Positions 43,701 through 44,239 of a stretch of DNA of 44,239 bases are shown here, one piece after another. Each line of letters begins with the position of its first letter. The stretch's first letter is position 1. The DNA lies in IMG/VR virus record IMGVR_UViG_3300024520_000013, positions 1 through 44,239 of that record. One strand, given 5' to 3'. A program made the translations under genes and the position numbers. Origin of the DNA: a virus. The notes beneath the pieces are model-generated. The model was not told where the DNA came from, made no database searches, and saw only the letters and a list, made by a program, of their open reading frames with translations.

Positions 43701-44239
43701 CTTGCGCGTGAGTGTGAACCCCCACGGTCGCGGTGGCATGATCTTCTTCTTACGCAAGTCGTCGAAGTACGGCTTCGCGAAGATGTAGTCGTCGTGCTGC
43801 TGCGACGTCATCTTGGCAAGAGCGTCTTGCTCCCACTTCTGAGTCGGACGGTGCCCACCACGATTCCACTGGTTCGTCGCCAGTGTGCCGCCCTCGAAGT
43901 TGTATTCCGCCACCCCGGTGGTTGGCGGGAACTCCGAAGGCTTCGTAAAGTCGATCGACTCCTCTTCCTTCTTCGGGAACAACTCCGAACCACCAGGATC
44001 ATCGGGGAAGCGACGTGGCGGCTCCGCGTACTCGGTCCGTCTGCCTGCGTTGTCCGCGTGCGCTTTCAGCGTGCCGCCACTGAACGTGTAGTCCAACGCA
44101 TCGCCACCACTACCAAAGTATGGCCGAAACGGGAACTTCTTCGGATCCTTCGGGAACTTGTCTTCCTCCTTCTTCGGAGTCGGATCCTTCGGGAACTTGT
44201 CCTCCTCCTTCTTCGGAGTCGGCTTCTTCTTGCCCTTCT
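37746..44239 (-). CDS. Giant virion-internal/ejection-type protein, ~2,176 aa once joined across the junction (T7 gp16-like position)
   Basis: The ORF track gives 2,116 aa from a TTG at 44096, but the frame is open upstream to the window end. It is the last gene of the late operon, after three internal-protein candidates. I could read no catalytic motif. Confidence 0.8.
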   Translation of the reverse strand, partial: KGKKKPTPKKEEDKFPKDPTPKKEEDKFPKDPKKFPFRPYFGSGGDALDYTFSGGTLKAHADNAGRRTEYAEPPRRFPDDPGGSELFPKKEEESIDFTKPSEFPPTTGVAEYNFEGGTLATNQWNRGGHRPTQKWEQDALAKMTSQQHDDYIFAKPYFDDLRKKKIMPPRPWGFTLTRKIYNWVNNWHDERNELYYGSKDPSVKQLMTGWVSDAMTVGVEGVEGYGEGSIISLIANIHNWVADGLDRGAKDMKWWRTSDSLVGGGYRLLFGDAEIEDLVPQLDRVQMVERPAHRIDGFLTWLSKAGQDGTLEEEIAEALERRKRFDEWRVKVEEKAGTHWQWTRAGARGTGHMVGFITGGPAGAIAKIEKSVGMLGQKYIRSRTQAIGRAMGLGPAQLAAINSRDVALRATMDMIRHEPKIRQTMRRLLQPNKALAFGIYSGLAAPEGPGGIEERILDAGISTALAPFYFALGKIGEKQMQGLLKMDFPQVSARMLAGLTEGTGFAALDWHTWWPMLQEYNKDKPDFEKIKEGWQQLFGTAVGMAAAKGLLPSQARMLREPHTEVGKALEALELPHRDQAQPIIDLSLNNWKVSTKGNTSTFRHPGRGRFSLEATDEGYILRPSSRMSKQYDIEKRAYSGEEAQRLVERINAESLVDALQNRVLDIDPAEFGRLGWTEAADGTWFHPMHGYYSISRGRAMRKGLEKNAKWKEWHEVPAEMEMHHIEDSVQPFARIWGDWLKQHQLGNESLNKGDANVLRSALNVLGRHRYDDPFVKEFYDAIRGDQEPSPQDPRAPGFSQPNPMLLEFVGNLKTAEARGDWIRAMGKALSGQVQSVPILAEAMQIAEVRGRAELEIKQEESRQEHARVRARELKEELNPKEEAALQVLMTEPRLSVLGKEYAAPLEGETKMTESQKPPLTDKPKRDPGGSTPEWKYWMRVRNRDLPEGERLTDKEIERVGEVFREMDTLRTEQAARGETEVLHDPKAGDQGATFASAEKHVERSGGRQSALMRAFTGETTSVEEQVGRDRVAQWAGEVELVRMKAKIRSNKLKERFRDPVTKLVDKASLEELAFALEGTGNPRHDKSRKEWLRVKKNMQQQRFELVKEMEGLDEASKVAAKKKIEEIDKLIEEHAGSDLIDQLPDVMKRLHKKAGAWSHELLEEIRPVFNKMFKEKVESGQLTAERFIDEYVTHIWDLAGSPGSTKRARSWSTARFAQKDKFTKERKIASLAEGIREHDLIPREQQLHRILELYETQHGTIQANRRLVGDLMRVEFKLPEGFDPYTPEPASPGKNKKKQPPGGRRAWLKREIADLERELGETPETRQIVGKEWLESPRGRELAESDFVETGNGWNAEVGGKRFRIQQSGDKWVLDRKTSDLLIEPGVQGTERFVDAGKSKSEAIDAVNHWLKRELPKVQAVDVVKGSEPNPRYTDARARLEKYRQDLAKIKPVKSFRAMMTTDSKMGKLAMQSGQYVEFEGGNAFTYTHKGSPKIEKYIVHRDLIEGTGIRPAEGKGPLGKVMSNPTKDNIFRFAKALGGVQKSMELSLSGFHAVAVGFESAFFSGGKLNPVANFLEGRRLMLKTKIAEDAVMHNLKIGVTSDIDHNAVFDLLTALGKIGSIKGVGLKQFTDIAKTIKHGTDKILWDHIHTYAKLDAYNRISTELEIRYPERARTADGRARLKRKAASFVNDAFGGQAWETAWRMSESRLRFLQWGMLSPDWTISNLKIAGRAMWGVAGEPLAAGGRKVKEIGYKLRGEEMPEHLKGELVETSHNARAYFARVAFMQIAVNTALQYALIESLSDDDKKKWLKTHGPESKEGMAAAKSAQESGLFMPSYAWWNNTEGKEGHIFIGYDEETGQELYVMLGKQYHEVGHWIDRWHQTWFSKAAPMVRMIAEQSGLIHSQIGIKPEWVKAEGRGESGIPERVAAAGKTFLPLWTGGNSWWGTLPLSRAKRPHYVREHFEDSLHKAASGHYNVPGLQHNIRTWLSGVIPGFLKPSEKPDSDRLKRRAREAIYTNTNPHKAWTQAMSAARERYYDQMWNALTSADSAEDLKAKLKEWKAGDANQHPLKKAARALNRLGVTRRDMKQTLTKRYEGWTSNEKTFSLAAVTKLADSMLEEHNQFTAGWKFLQISKELQGIEDQIQKSRDVKSAKHRKAEKVK
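44113..44239. repeat. Terminal overlap copy 2, identical to 1-127
   Basis: Same 127 nt as the window start. Confidence 0.9.

Overview
The window looks like a complete phage genome. Bases 1-127 are repeated exactly at 44113-44239, so the unit is about 44,112 bp and either circular or terminally redundant. The sequence is GC-rich by eye and most genes are tightly coupled through ATGA/TGATG overlaps.

Gene content points to a temperate, tail-tube-less (podovirus-like) phage.
- **Late operon (minus strand, 15385 down to 169, then across the junction to 37746).** It reads: lysis-type membrane proteins, large terminase, portal, scaffold, HK97-type major capsid, two large tail/adaptor-position proteins, three internal-protein candidates, and a giant ORF of about 2,176 aa. 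The giant ORF's true ATG lies at 164 on the other side of the junction. After the portal the order resembles T7.
- **Recombination and lysogeny block (37520-33170).** It holds an HTH protein, a Sak4-like ATPase, an SSB-like protein ending in IPF, an XRE-type HTH protein, an excisionase, a tyrosine integrase, and an attP. The attP consists of a tRNA 3-prime fragment flanked by seven TGGGACCA sites.
- **Receptor-binding module (33137-30148).** This includes a beta-helix tailspike.
- **Replication block (30151-25464).** It contains a Cas4/RecB-like nuclease, an ERCC4-type nuclease and a zinc-finger/TOPRIM primase fused to a P-loop domain. I found no DNA or RNA polymerase.
- **Plus-strand accessory and early genes (15488-25381).** The most interesting item is a DpdA-like transglycosylase translationally coupled to QueE. 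This would be a minimal 7-deazaguanine DNA-modification module with no QueC, QueD or FolE.

Other points worth a second look:
- An intergenic 10-mer, CCCGATCTGG, recurs in a single orientation.
- Two long non-coding regions (21356-21988 and 23803-24268) are packed with 11-bp-phased iterons and palindromes.
- No endolysin is recognisable.

All functional calls rest on motifs read by eye and on gene order. No database search was possible, and coordinates of short motifs may be off by 1-2 nt.
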